A stretch of 64,000 nucleotides of DNA from Octopus vulgaris (GCA_951406725.2 OX597824.1:29016001-29080000), one strand, 5' to 3'. Positions 27,364 through 43,286 are shown, counted from the stretch's first letter. The notes: generated from the sequence alone by a model not told the origin. Made by a program: numbers and translations.

Positions 27364-27427
27364 CATACATACATACATACATACATACATACATACATGT
27401 AGATCAATGTATAACTATCTATATATA

Positions 27428-28265
27428 CGAGATCTGATTAGTGAGTATCTGGACTGATGCCATAGTAACGAAGCTACTATGGCTAAAGCACGCAGAGTGA
27501 AGCCTCTTGGTACAGGTTGGCTTTGAACTCTGTTGTGCATGCGCACTAAGTTTTAACGTTCTATCTCACTTCCGCTGTTTACAAGCGCTTTGAAGGAATG
27601 CGACGATTATATGCTACAGCATACAATCGTCACATTGAATATGACAGTGAAAGTTGTGATGGCGATACCTACTCAGAGGCCTATGCAAAGTTGCAGAAAG
27701 TGTATGGAGAGGAGTGTATGAGCCGCACTCATTAGTACGAGTGGTTCAGGCGATTCCAAAATGACCGAAAAAATAGCGATATTGACGAACGTTCTGGGAG
27801 ATGTGCAAACAACAGAACTGAGAAAAACACCGCAAATGTCCGCGCAGCAGTGAAGGGTAATCGTCGAATCACCACCCGTGAGTTAGCAGAGGATGTGCAC
27901 ATTAGTTACGGTTCAGTTCAGTCCTTTATCACTGAAAATTTGGATATGAAACGCGTATCTGTCAAGTTTGTGCAAAATCTGCTTTCAGCTGACCAAAATC
28001 ACACTCGGGTTTCAGTTGCACAAGATCTCCTTGATTGTATCGAGAATGATGAAAACTTTTTAAAACTTTGCCTAAATCTCTGAGCAGGTAACGCCGAGCA
28101 TTTGTCAAAACTTGATGCAGATTCTCTGCTCAACTTTCTCTGTCATTAAAACTTTGTGCACGTGCACAGCCGAGTTCAAAATCAATCTGTCTGAAGCGGC
28201 TTTATTCTGCGTGCTTTAGCTTCGTTACTATGGCAACAGTCCAGATACTTATTGATCTGACTACA
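27428..28265 (+). mobile_element. Mariner family 1 non-autonomous element with long (about 130 bp) imperfect TIRs and TA target duplication
   Basis: Left gtatctggactgatgccatagtaacgaagct matches right agcttcgttactatggcaacagtccagatac. The interior encodes only the N-terminal DNA-binding part (YGEECMSR...YEWFRRF, NRRITTRELAEDVHISYGSV, KFVQNLL). Confidence 0.9.
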
Positions 28266-28289
28266 TATATATAGCTTACTATTGTTATA

Positions 28290-28346
<57 letters not shown>

Positions 28347-28354
28347 ATAGATAT

Positions 28355-28393
<39 letters not shown>

Positions 28394-28481
28394 TACATAC
28401 ATACACACACATACGTATATCACTCTGTCTCTCTTTCTTTCTCTTTCTCTTTCTCCCCATATATATATATCTATCTATCTA

Positions 28482-28521
<40 letters not shown>

Positions 28522-29196
28522 GTTTGTGTGTATTACATATATTAGACATTAAAATAAAATGGTGAATCACACATCTACACAGATGTATAATCGCAGTCTC
28601 TTATACCGTATATTCTCTTTAAACATGTCTGACATATGTTTCTGCTGCATGGATATCTGATGTGTTATTCATTTACAACCTCGGCTGTATTCGGTTTTCC
28701 ACGTATCCATGCAACTTTGTTTAAGTTGTTGCCACTAATAGATCTTGAAGTGAACTAGAGTATAACAAATGGTGTTGACAGTCTATAATATAAAACTGTT
28801 CTTAACCAGGAGGAAATCTGAATGCAGCGAAACCAACGGATTCAAATGGACACCACTTACAAGCTTTCCTTGTAGCAGAAACATATATCAGAGTATAAAG
28901 AGTATACTGTGCAAAAGGAAAGCTCTAATGATAAAAATTAAATGTAGATGCACAGTTCTGCATCTTGATTTTTATGTCTTGGGTATATAATACAACCAAG
29001 TGAACTATTGGATTTTATTTATCGGTTGAAATACTGTGTGATTACTTCCCTTAAACAATTACAAATTAGTTCATATCATTCGCTAAAGGTTAACCAGAAC
29101 ATAGATTATGCTAGAGTGCTTGGACGGTACTCGCCTGGATAAATTATCTCAATCTATTCAATATACATACAAACATTTATATATATGTATGTATAT

Positions 29197-29263
<67 letters not shown>

Positions 29264-29285
29264 CATATATATATATAAATATATA

Positions 29286-29518
29286 CTCTTTACTTGTTTC
29301 AGTTATTTGACCGCGGCCATGCTGGAGCACTGGCTTTAGTCGAACAAATCAACCCCAGGACTTATTCTTTATAAGCCTAGTATTTATTCTGTCGGTCTTT
29401 TTTGCCGAACCGCTAAGTTACGGGGACGTAAACACACCAGCATCGGTTGGAAAGCGATGTTGGGGGGACAAACACAGACACACAAACGTATACAGAAACA
29501 TACACACAAACACACACT

Positions 29519-29610
<92 letters not shown>

Positions 29611-29740
29611 GTTTCCGTCTACCAAATCCACTTACAAGGCTTTGGTAGACCTGAGGCCATAATAGAAAACGCAGTGGGACGGAACCCGGAACCATGTGGT
29701 TTGTAAGTAAGCTACTTACCACACAGCCAATCCTACGCCT
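29286..29740 (-). mobile_element. SINE-B near-full copy with expanded internal (CA)n(TA)n
   Basis: Reverse complement of the 8347-8748 copy. Confidence 0.88.
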
Positions 29741-29777
29741 TATATATATATATACAGACACATATGTATGTATGTAT

Positions 29778-29859
<82 letters not shown>

Positions 29860-30071
29860 CTAAAATTTGTCTAAAAATAGACAAAAAGAAAAATGAAGCA
29901 GGGATGGGAAGAAAAAGCATAGTGTATCAGTTTGACGCTCAACAAAAAAGGATTCATAAAAGAATTTACATATATCTGTGTGTGTGTGTGTATCTATATA
30001 CATGTATGTGTATATATATATACATATATATATATTTTTATATGCACACACACACATATACATATACAGAG

Positions 30072-30121
<50 letters not shown>

Positions 30122-30572
30122 GCAATGACACACACACACACATTCATATACCCGCATTCATACCTATATTATGTATACACACGCCTATCCATCACAACTG
30201 AAAATTCCATTTAAAATCTATCCAACCCTTAATAAAATAATAATAATAAAACACAGCAAATAAACTAAAACAAAAAATTAATATTTCTGAAGTGAGTAGA
30301 AAATTAAATATAACACAATCATTAATTTTCTTTTTCTGACGATGATCTAATCTACAATGTTGTTCGTCTTCCTGCTGTTGTTGTTATTGTCGCTGTAGCT
30401 GTTGTTGTTTTTGCTCTTATTGCTCTTCTGAGTTGTGAATTTTCTTTCAGTTTAATTAATACAGAGCCGACTTCAACCCTAAATGCTCACGTCAATCTGC
30501 GTTGCTCAACTCTATTCTCACCTCTTTAAAACAATGCGGCGTGCGCTTATTTTTCCTTTTTTTATATAATTG

Positions 30573-30728
30573 CCTTCTTTTCTTCTTCTTCTTCTTCTTC
30601 TTCTTCTTCTTCTTCTTCTTCTTCTTCTTCTTCTTCTTCTTCATTTTCTTCTTCTTCTTCTTCTTCTTCTTCTTCTTCATCAAACTGCTACTAATAATAA
30701 TACCATTACTACTACTACTGCTACTACT

Positions 30729-30761
<33 letters not shown>

Positions 30762-30868
30762 GTTGATGATGACAGCGACGACGACCTCCACGATGATGTT
30801 GATGATGATGGTGGTGGTGGTGGTGGTGGTGGTGATCATGATGGTGGTGATGATGGTGGTCCTGATGG

Positions 30869-30913
<45 letters not shown>

Positions 30914-31070
30914 GGAGGAGGAGGAGGAGGAGGAGGAGGAGGGGGAAGACGATGACGACGACGGCGAAGACGAAGACGAGAAAAGTGATGATGATGATGA
31001 TGATGACGACGACGAAGACACGACTACAACGAAATCGAAAATGATGATGATGATGACGAAGATGATGTTG
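30573..31070. repeat. Compound trinucleotide array (CTT/TAA/GAT/GGT/GAG/GAC)
   Basis: Direct inspection. Confidence 0.95.
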
Positions 31071-31563
31071 AATGCAGTTTTGTCTGCCAGTGTAAGTAAA
31101 AAAAAAAAGAATCATTACAGTCTCCTGTGTGAAAGGCAATTGCGATATCGGACGTCACTAGAACATGGATTGATGTATTGAATTCCGTCGCTTTGTATCT
31201 AGAGTTCAAATTTCACCGCAGATAGCTTTTATTTTCATCATTCCAGCACCGATAAAACACATACGAAGCGGGTTCAGGGTGGAGTTATAATTGACTCGAT
31301 TTCTTTATTATTTCCGTTCCATGCTCCAATGGATGTTATTCTATCACTGGACGGCTCCAGTATTATATTAGGGGTTTTTTTTTCTTATATTTTTTTTTAT
31401 GAGAAGAGATTTATAGCTTTATTTTTAATTCTTCTCCATTTCTTGAGATAACGATGCTTCGAGTGTTATGAGTGGTCGCTCTCGATCCTTCTGAAGATAT
31501 AAGATAGCCGAATCTGAGAAACAGAGGGTGAGGGCGAGAAAGAAAGAAAGAAAGAAAGAATGA

Positions 31564-31623
<60 letters not shown>

Positions 31624-31829
31624 GAGAAAGAAAGAGGGAGGGAGGAAGAGGAAATTAGAATCGATTTTTCCACTTCACCAGGAATTTATATATCGGTCTC
31701 AGTAGAAACAAAAAGTGCGCAACCCATCACGACGAGTTTGAACTCAGAACGCATAGAAACAGATTATATACTGTAAGTTACTCGAACGGACGCTCTACCG
31801 ACTTTGACATTTCACCACTAAAATTAATC

Positions 31830-32925
31830 CTTTTTACTATAGGCACAAGGCCTGAACTTTTTTTAGCGAGGGGACTAATAGATTACATCGACCCCAGTGT
31901 TTCACTGCTACATAATTTATTGACTCCGAAAGGATAAAAGGCAAAGTCGATCTCGGTGGAATTTGAACTCAGAACGTAGCGACAGGCAAAATACCACTAA
32001 GCATTTCGTCCAGCGCGCTAACGATTCTGCCGGTTCGCCGCCCTGTTAACAACAAAAATTAATGACTACATATGCTTATGATTAAATGATCATAATATTT
32101 CTTTCTAATGTTTACACAAAGCCAGCAATCTGGACGGCATGTTGACTGAGATCAATTGGTAATTATTTTATCGACCCCGAAAGGAAGAAACGCAATGTCA
32201 ACCACGGCGTATTTGAACTTGGGACGTAAATGATTGGAAGAAATGCAGCTAAGCATTTTGCCTGGTGCAGTAACAATTCTTCCAGCATCTTGCACGTTTA
32301 ATCCTTTCTGCTATAGGCACAAGTCCTGAAATTTTGTGAGAGGCAATTAGCCGAATACATCGAACTCCAGTGCTGAACTGATGCATATTTCGTCAACCCC
32401 GAAGGGACCAAAGGCATCGTCGCTCTCCTCAGAATTTGAACAGAGAACGGAAAGCGCTTGAAGTAATACCACCAAGCATTTTGATCGGTATGTTAATAAT
32501 TCTACCAGCACGCCACCCTTAAAGTCATAATGTTCCTTTCTGTTATAGGGGTAAATCGATTACATTGAACCCAGTGTTCAACTAGTACTTCTTTCGTCGA
32601 CGCTGAAAGGAAAAACGTCAAAGTCAACCTGGGCGGAATGTGAACTGAGAAGGTGAAAATGGAGGATATGCCGCTTAGCATTTTTCCCGGCGTGCTAACG
32701 ATTTTGCCAATACACCTGGTTTCAAATCTTGGCACAAGGCCAGCAGGTTTGGGGAGGGGCTAAATCGCTTAAACCGACCCCATTGTGCAAGCGGTACTTC
32801 TTTCGTCGACTCCGAAAGGTTGAAAGTCAAAGTCGACCCCGGCGAAATTTGAATTCAGAATGTAAATCGGGTGAAATACCACTAAGTCAGGCGTGCTAAC
32901 GATCCTGCCAGCACACCGCCGTTAA
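31830..32925 (-). mobile_element. Head-to-tail cluster of about 5 diverged SINE-A (tail-2) copies
   Basis: Recurrent ggcacaaggcc...tcgaccccgaaagga...tttgaactcagaac...gctaacgattctgcc at about 220 bp spacing. Confidence 0.8.
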
Positions 32926-32962
32926 GGTCATAATAATAATGATTGCAATTGTTATCCTATAT

Positions 32963-33290
32963 GAAGGCGCATGGCTCAGTGGTAAAAGTATCGAACTTAC
33001 GACCGTCAGGTTGTGAATTCCGGACCGGGCTCAGTGTTGTGTTCTTGAGCAAGACACTTTATTTCACGTTGCTCCAGTTTACTCAGCTGTAGAAATGAGT
33101 TGCGACGTCACTGGTGCCAAGCTGTATCGGCCTTTGCCTTTCCCTTGGGTAACATCGGTGGCGTGGAGTAGTGAGGCTGGTATGTAAAGCGACTTTAGGT
33201 CTTCCATAAACAACTTTGCTCGGACTTGTGCCTCGGAGGGTAACTTTCTAGGTGCAATCTCATGGTCATTCGTGACCGAAGGGGGTCTGC
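32963..33290 (+). mobile_element. SINE family C copy
   Basis: Head gaaggcgcatggctcagtggta, then body ttgtgttcttgagcaagacactttatttcacgttgctccagtttactcagctg. Related copies at 35250-35553, 54676-54945 and 57325-57565. Confidence 0.75.
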
Positions 33291-33894
33291 GATATTATCA
33301 TTATTAGCAAGGCAGCGAGCTGGCAGAATCGTTAGCGCGCCGGGTGTGTGCCTCTACGTTGAGTTCAAATTGCTTCGAGGTCGATTCTGCCTTTCATCCT
33401 TACGGGGTCGATAAATTGAGTACTGCGGTCGATGTAATCGACTTAAACTGTCCACCAAAATTTCAGGCCGTGTGCCTCTAGTAGAAAAGATTATACTGCA
33501 TGGACTAGTTAGTCCATGCAGTATTTTTCAATTCCCCAGCATGTTTTGTTTTTAACATGTGGATTACTCCATTCTCGCTATTTCTTGAGTCTGGGCAGCT
33601 AAAGCTACAAATAGAAATACAGACGTAGTGTATTTTGCTGTGATGTATTTAGGTGTGGTACTCCACTTCACAACAGATTTCAAGGACGGACTCATATATC
33701 ATCCTACAATAAGACAACAAAATGTATACATCATTCTATCAATAGAAAGATGTGTGTGTTGTTGCTGTATTTTGTTTCTACAATGTTGCATTGCTGTTGT
33801 AGAGGGAGTAAGACCCTTTTGCACAGCTGTTTTGGCGCCACATTTTTGGAATCATTGATTCGACGATGCCTTATTGACATCAGACTTTCTAATG

Positions 33895-34095
33895 TTTTTC
33901 TCTCTCTCTCTCAATCTATCTATTTATTTACCTCTCTCTCTCTCTCAATCTATCTATTTATTTATCTCTCTCTCTCTCCCTCAATCTATCTATTCATTTA
34001 TCTCTCTCTCTCTCTCAATCTATCTATTTATTTATCTCTCTCTCTCTCTCTCTCTCTCAATCTATCTATTTATTTATCTCTCTCTCTCTCTCTCC
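33895..34095. repeat. Minisatellite of about 30-36 bp, (TC)n-aatctatctatttattta, about 5-6 copies
   Basis: Direct inspection. Confidence 0.85.
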
Positions 34096-34528
34096 CTCCC
34101 TTGCTTATGTGTATGAGCATCCTGTTATGTACATGTGTATAATATCACTTTCTTTCTTTTATTCTCTCTATGCGTATGAGTATACTTCTGTGTGCATCTA
34201 CGCGTGTTTTCTGTTTGCCTTCAGCACAAAACAGTCCCGTCACCCCAAACAGGTTGAACATCCAGTTAACCGTGCCCCATCAGGGTTCAAACAGCCACGT
34301 CCAATCGGCTCATTCTAAGCTTTGGGACTGCTCTAAGTTTAAACTTGTAAGCTAGACGCATATAAATTCTCAGGGTTTCGAGTGCACATAGAACTGTGCG
34401 GTCCCAGACTGCAGTTCTCTACTATAAAGAGGACTGCGCCATTACCAGCATTATCCCTATCTTCATCATAATCGCCGTCGTCGTTATCGCAGTAGTAGTA
34501 GTTGTAGTAGTAGTAGTAGTAGTAGTAA

Positions 34529-34559
<31 letters not shown>

Positions 34560-34923
34560 CCTTTCAAAGTTGAATGGTGCATAAATACATTTTTTTTTTC
34601 TTTTTCAATTTTATTTTCTCTTTATTCTAGCTGCGTTTATTTATTATTTTGGTCGAAATTGCTTGATGTTAATAACGAAGACAACGACGACGATGGGGGC
34701 GGTGGTGGCGGCGGCGGTTGGGGGGGGGGCTCGATAGTGCTGCTGCTGCTGCTGATGATGATGATGAGACTTACGTTTGCGATGGTGATGGCGTTGTTTC
34801 TAATCATCACCGTTTTTTTTTTTTTTTCTTTTGGAGTGTTGAAATGAGATAAAACAAAAAAACTATCATGACAGCATGCGACATGGGTAGAGTAAGAGAG
34901 AGAGAGGGAGAGAGAGAGAGAGA

Positions 34924-34960
<37 letters not shown>

Positions 34961-35573
34961 TGAGAGAGACGAGGAGAGGCAATCATTTAGATGTTATCTC
35001 AGTTCTGGAAATGATGAAATGATGAAATGATGTTTACTTGATGACTACCGATGAAAGAGATAACTATAATTGAACAATATCTTTAAATTGAAATAATATT
35101 CAATGACACACCAATCATTTCTGAAGCCTTCGTGCTGTTGTCGTAGTTGTTGTTCTTGGTGGGCGGGGGGGGGGGGTTCGTTCTTCTCTTTTACTTTTTT
35201 TTTCTTTGTATCTATTTCTATGTATTTCACTGTTATATGTGGCAAACTGGTTCTCCGTCAGTTTTGGCGATGAGGGTCCTCCTCATCCGATCAACGGAAC
35301 GGCCTGCTTGTGGCTGAGCACGCCACCACAGACACGACTGCCTTTAATGTAGTTCTCAGGGAGACTCAACTTGACACAGAAAGTGACAAAGCTGCTCCTT
35401 TGAAATACAGGTACAACTCATTTTTCCAGCTGAGTAGAATGGAGCAACGTGAAATAAAGTGTCTTGCTCAAGGACACAACACGCTGCTAGGAATCGAACT
35501 CATGAACTTACGATCGTGAGCCGAATACGCTAACCACTAAGTCAGGCGCCTTCACATTATTTAAAACAATCCA

Positions 35574-36110
35574 GGCGATGAGCTGGCAGAATCTTTAGCA
35601 TGCTGGCCGAAATGCTTAGCGATATTTCGCCCGTCGCTGTCTTCTGGGTTCAAATCCCGCCGAGGTCAACTTTGCCTTTCATCCTTTCGGAAGTACCATT
35701 TACGCACTGGGGTCGATGTAATCGACTTAATCCGTTTGTCTTCTCTTCTTTGTTTGTCCCCTCTATGTTTAGCCTCTTGTGGACAATAACGAAATAAGAA
35801 TCGTTAGCGCACTGGACGAAATGCTTAGCGGTATTTCGCCCGTCGCTGCGTTCTGATCTCAAATCCTGCCGAGATTGACTTTGCCTTTCATCCTTTCGGG
35901 GTCGATAAATTAAGTACCATTTGCGTATTGGGGTCGATTTAATCGACTGCCCTCTCTCCCAAAAATTTCGGGCTTTGTGCCTAGATTAGAAAGATTATTT
36001 AAAACAATTCGGGGTTGATAAATTAAGTACCAGTGAAATACTGAGGTCGATCTAATCGACTAGCCCCCTTACCCCAAATTTCAGGCTTTGTGCCTATAGT
36101 AGAAAGGATT
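35574..36110 (+). mobile_element. SINE-A cluster (tail 1, tail 2, extra tail-2 3' half)
   Basis: Restart at agaatcgttagc after acgaaata; duplicated 3' half at about 36008-36110. Confidence 0.85.
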
Positions 36111-36804
36111 ATTTAAAACAATCGTTAAGGCGTCGTATAAAAAGTTTTATAGTATTACCTCCATGATCTAAGTTCAAATCACGCCAATGTGAATTTTATA
36201 TTTTCTCCTCGTGGGGTTGACAACATAATGTTGTAGCCTAGTATTTGTTGATTTCTTGGCGTTGGGTCTTTGTTTTCGTCTTTTTCAATGTTTTCTTTCT
36301 TTCATTTCATTTTTGTATCGCGGCAGAATCGTTAAGGCGTCATGAAAAATGGCAAGTATTTCTTCCAGCTCTGTATGTCCTAAGTTCAAATAACACCGAG
36401 GTGAACCCTCGCTTTTTCTCTTTCGGGATCGATGAAATAATATACGGGTTGACAGATCTAAGTTGTGATGCGAATAAAATACTAAGTTGTAACCATTTCA
36501 AGTATACTTCTGGCAAATTCCAACACGCACAAATATTATACACTGTATTTTGTTATGGAGAAAATTTCTCGATGTCGACAAATAGATATAAATACACCAA
36601 GTAATCCAACAATGCACACGAACTAGAATGTTGGAGATGCTGTGAACGGGTTTCTTGATAGTTCGAATATGTCTCAAATATATTTCAGCTAGTAACATGT
36701 TCGTATCAATAAAATAATGTACAAGCCAAAATCTTGGGTCGAGTCTGTGGTCACAACTACTCCCGCTTCATTAATTTTAGTGTTTGTAACTAATTTAAAT
36801 ATAT

Positions 36805-37183
36805 GGCGCTGTGATAAGTAGCTTGCTTACCCACAACATAGTTCCGGGTTCAGTCCCACTGCGTGGCACCTTGGGCAAGTGTCTTCTGCTATAGCCTCTA
36901 GCCGACCAAGGCCTTGTGAGTGGATTTGACAGACGGAAACTGAAAGAAGCCCCGTCGTATATATATGTATGTGTGTGTATATGTTTGTGAGTCTGTGTTT
37001 CTTCCCCAACATCGCTTAACAACCGATGCCGGTGTGTTTACGTCCCCGTAACTTAGCGGTTCGGCAAAAAGACCGATAGAATAAGTACTAGGCTTATAAA
37101 GAATAAATCCTGGGGTCGTTTGGCTCGACTAAAGACAGTGCCACAGTCAAATGACTGAAACAAGTAAAAGGGTAAACGAGAGT
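36805..37183 (+). mobile_element. SINE-B near-full copy
   Basis: Matches 8347-8748. Confidence 0.88.
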
Positions 37184-37388
37184 ATAATAATTATTAAAAT
37201 TTGATGGATAAGTAGAATAGTTAGATCATCGACTTAATTCAACCGTTCTGAGTTCAAATCCTGCGTAGGTCAAATTTTCCTTTCAGCCTTTCAAAGTCTG
37301 CAAATTAAAGTACAGATAAAGTACATCATCATCATCATCACCACCCCCATAATCATCATCATCATCATCATTCTCATCATCATCATCA

Positions 37389-37479
<91 letters not shown>

Positions 37480-37490
37480 TATTGTTATTG

Positions 37491-37591
<101 letters not shown>

Positions 37592-37973
37592 TGGAAATAT
37601 ATGTTGGCGACTGGAAGGACATCCAGCCATATATAATCTCCTTCAATGAAATCCTCCTGATCCATATGAGCATGGAAAAGTAGATGTTAAAACGACGATG
37701 AGGATCAAAACCATCACACTCTCACTCACACAGACACACACACACATATTCTTTTATTCTCTTATTCTTTTACTTGTTTCAGACATTTCACTGCGGCCTT
37801 GCTGGAGCACTATCTTAAAGGGTTTTAGTCCAAGAAATCGACCGCAGGACTTTTTCTTTGTAAGCCAAGTACTTATTCCCTCGGTTTCTTTTGCCGAACG
37901 GCTGGTAGAGGAACAAACACAGACACAAAGACACACACATAAATACACACACTTACAATCACAGGTATATATA

Positions 37974-38600
<627 letters not shown>

Positions 38601-38947
38601 TATGTATATATATATATATATCTTTCAGATCATAGCATTACCGAACACAACACACATATTGTAGGGAGTACTTTGAATATAACGGCATAATCAAAATATG
38701 ATAGTAGAAACTAGAAACACTCCATGTGATAGTATACGTCTTAGGAAGAGATAAATAATGCAATGAAATGCGTAACCAGAATCCCATGACTTGCACATAT
38801 ATAAACTCATCAGAAAGTAGCATTGCTGAACATTGCGTACATATAACAAGGAGATCTTTCAACATCACATGAGAGCAAAACAATACGATATAAAAAATCT
38901 GCACGTAACCAATACCTATACATGCAATATGAATCAGCCTCTGAATA

Positions 38948-39030
<83 letters not shown>

Positions 39031-39310
39031 ACAGCAATAAACTTTACTGTTATTTAATGACTAAAAAAACAATTGGGCAAGAAAAAAGTAATGAAAGAAT
39101 ACCAAAGCGAGATTAAATGTAGAAATTAAGTTTAAACGGGGAAAAAAATTAAGAAAATAATTAGGAGCATATTGCCGAAGTTGATAGCAATATGGCGCTA
39201 CAGTCTAAAAATTAAGCAGAATAATCTATTGTAATTTAGTTAAGAAGGTATTCTTTCATTTGTTGTTGTTGCTGTCATCCTCATTATCATCATCATCATC
39301 ATCATCATCA

Positions 39311-39452
<142 letters not shown>

Positions 39453-39734
39453 CATTGTTATTATTATTATTGGTGTTGTTGTTGTTGTTGTCTAATAATC
39501 ATTTCTAACATTTTGTATTAATTTCAGAACGGTTCCCTTTTCTTTAAACTTTCCCTGTTCTTCTTTCTGTCCCTTTCTTTCATTCTGTATTTCATTCCTT
39601 TATATCGATGCTTTGCTATTCTTCCTTCAACTACTACCCCCTCCCATACACCTCTCAACTACTTCGGATTTTCTGTATATTATTTACTTCATTTATTCTT
39701 TACAGTAATCTCACTAAATCTTCTGTTCTCTCTC

Positions 39735-40990
39735 GTCCTTCTTCTTCTTCTTCTTCTTCTTCTTCTTCTCCTCCTCCTCCTCCTCCTCCTCCCCCTCCTC
39801 CTTCTTCTTCTTCTTCTTCTTCTTCTTCTTCTCCTCCTCCTCCTCCTCCTTCTTCTTCTTCTTCTTCTTCTTCTTCTTCTTCTTCTTCTTCTCCTTCTTC
39901 TCCTTCTTTATCTCCTCCGCCTTCTCCTGCCTCTCATCATCATCATTTTCATCATCACTCTCATCATCATTGTCATCATCATCTCCACCACCATCGTCAT
40001 CATCATCATCCTTCCTTTTTCTTTCTTTTTATTAGTGTTGGTTTTCTTCTTCACCTCCTTCTCTTCCTGCCCTCTTTCTCGACCTTCTTGTTCCACCTCC
40101 TCCTTCTCCTCCTCCTTCTCCTCCTCCTACACTTTCTTCCTTTTTCTTCGCAGTTGCTTCACCGCCTATTCGTCCTTTTTCTTGTACTCTTTCTCTTCTC
40201 TTTCTAATTTTCTCCTTCTCCTCCTTCTCTTCCTCTTCTTCTTTTCCTTCTTCTCTTCCGCTTCTCTTTCTCCATCTATTCTTTTCCCTTTCTTCCACCC
40301 ACTCCATAGATTTCCTTGTGCGCTTAATTTTTTTCAGTACATTATAACATTTGTTATCAATTCTTATCTCTTCCGGTTACATCTCTTCAATACAAATCAC
40401 AACTACCATCACCACTATCTCTATCCACCCCATCATCATCATCATCATCACCATCATCTTCCTTTTCTTCGTCATCATCATCTTCCTATTCCTCCTCCTC
40501 CTCATCATCATCACAATCAACATCACCAATCTATAAACATCAACATCACCATTATCATCACCAACATCATCAAAACCTTGTCTTATGCCCCCCTCCTCCA
40601 TTCACTGTCATTGCAATCGTTGCCGTCATCTACGTCTACACCATGAATCAACCCTGATCCTTATCACACTTATCCTCATTAATCGCCCCCAATATCATCA
40701 ATATGATCTCCAATCCAATCATTCTGTTATCATCATCATCATAATCATCATCATAACCCCCACACACACACACACACACCATCTCTCGTTATTTACTGCA
40801 AGCATCACCAACGCCATCGTGTTATCGTTCTTTCTTCCTTGCCAGCAACATTATCATCTTCACTGCTGTTACCATCATCATCATCATTATCATTATCACC
40901 ACAACCACCATCATCACTACCACCACTACAGTCATCATCCACCTCATCGTCAGCATTATTATTATCATCAACCTCATCACCACCATCATT

Positions 40991-41038
<48 letters not shown>

Positions 41039-41245
41039 GTCATCATCATCATCAATTCTTCTAATACCACTACTACAACTACTGTAACAACAACCGCCAC
41101 CGTCATCAATGTCATCTTCAACATTCAACGAAGGAGGAGGAGGAGGAGGAGAAGAAGAAGAAGAAGAAGAAGAAGAAGGAGGAGGAGAAGAAGAAGAAGA
41201 AGAAGAAGAAGAAGAAGAAGAAAAAGAAGAAGAAGAAGAAGAAAT
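39735..41245. repeat. Long degenerate trinucleotide low-complexity region (CTT/CCT/CAT/GAA)
   Basis: Direct inspection. Confidence 0.9.
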
Positions 41246-41313
41246 TCGGCGGGCATTACTCGTTTCTAGATACTACACGAACCTAGAATTTCATTTATGA
41301 AGGGAACTTCTTA

Positions 41314-41543
41314 TTTCTTTATTGCCCACAAGGGGCTAAACACAGAGGGGACAAACAAGGACAGACAAAGAGATTAAGTCGATTAGTTCAACCACAGTGC
41401 GTGACTGGTACTTAATTTATCGACCCCGAAAGGATAAAAGGCAAAGTCGATCTCGGCGGGATTTGAACTCAGATCGTAACAGCAGACGAAATACCGCTAA
41501 GCATTTCGCCCAGCGTGCTAACGTTCCTGCCAGCTCGCCACCT
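41314..41543 (-). mobile_element. SINE-A full copy (tail 1) with 16-bp TSD
   Basis: TSD tgaagggaacttctta (41298-41313) / tgaagggatcttctta (41544-41559). Confidence 0.92.
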
Positions 41544-41777
41544 TGAAGGGATCTTCTTAACTACTCAGATATTCCTACACGCCCCCCACCACCACCACCA
41601 CCACTGGCTGCCACAATATCAAGATCGTTAACAGCACCACCCTCATCATTACATCACCCTTGTCTCCACCTGCCTCCCATTCGTTACCTTCTCAAGTTTC
41701 TTCACCAACGTGTACAGTATGAACGATCTATGTAACTTAATATTAGTTATGGCAACTTTTTTATGTGAAGTATATCA

Positions 41778-41819
<42 letters not shown>

Positions 41820-41836
41820 ATCTATCTATCTATCTA

Positions 41837-41920
<84 letters not shown>

Positions 41921-42887
41921 TATATATATCCCATAGCCACAGGCTTGGCTGTGTGGTAAGAGATTTGCTTCCCAACCACATGGTTCCGGGTTCAGTTCCA
42001 CTGTGTGACACCTTGTGCATATATTGCATACATCATCTAGTATAGCCTCGGGCCGACCGAAGTCTTGTGAGTGGATCAGGTAGATGGAAAGAAGACTGTC
42101 GTATATATGTGCATCGTCTTCCATTCCTTTGGACTTTCCTCTGCTTCCGAAGAAGAGCATCTGTTCGAAAGGTTAAACCATCTTTCTTCTATTTTCTGAC
42201 GGTCTGCTAACACATTACATGTACCACGTCGTCGCGTCGTTGCCTTTTGTGTTTGTGTTTGTTCTTTTCGTTTGTGTGTGTGTGCATACATATATGTATA
42301 TATGTATATAACACGTGATCAGACTATCGGATGTTGTTATGCATTGCTATTCCCAATGCGCTCTAAATCGTTTAATTATTGCATGATGCCGCTTCACTGG
42401 CTGTTGAGCAAGCCGTCATTCTCACTAATCGCGAGGCTCGTCCATCATAAAGTTATACATTTATAGCTGACTAGAATATGAGCCATGTGAAATGAATTGA
42501 TTTGCTCAAGATCTCACCGCACCGCCCTGTTCGGGAATGGAAATCATGATCGCTAGATCGTGAAGTCAACGTCTTAAATACTAGGCCACGCTAAAATCAC
42601 ACACACACACAGCCGTTTCATGAGTTCTCATTTTGATAATAATCTGATGATTATTGCATACTCTCATCCTCGTAGTCGTTTTTCTATTCAAATCATTATA
42701 TACATCCAATTTCTGTATTCAATTCCTTCATATACATACGAATTAGTTTTTGTTTTACGCTTACATTCTCTACCAAATATATTCATGTTCATATTTTGTG
42801 TTCTCTCATATGGTACCTTTCATTTTAATCGTCAGTTAACTATGTGTCTTCTGTACTTTTCTGTTTCTTTGAGTGAATATTTGTGTG

Positions 42888-42989
<102 letters not shown>

Positions 42990-43228
42990 GAAAAATACAA
43001 ACTGGGACAAGAACGTAAAACATTTAGAAGACGATACAAAAAACATGGACGGGACATTCGAAGCCTTCAATCTTCAGTCAAGAACCGGATCATCCTCGCA
43101 ATTTCGGCTGATTATATATGTATATATATATATATATATATACACACACGCTTACAAACAGACACACACACACACGAACACACTTATATATATATGTATA
43201 TATATGTATATACATATATAGATAGTTG

Positions 43229-43286
<58 letters not shown>

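Noticed and set aside
31830-32925. Regularly spaced repeats resembling a CRISPR-like or satellite array
   Set aside because: Units are full diverged SINE-A copies of about 220 bp in eukaryotic DNA; no short repeats with unique spacers and no cas genes.
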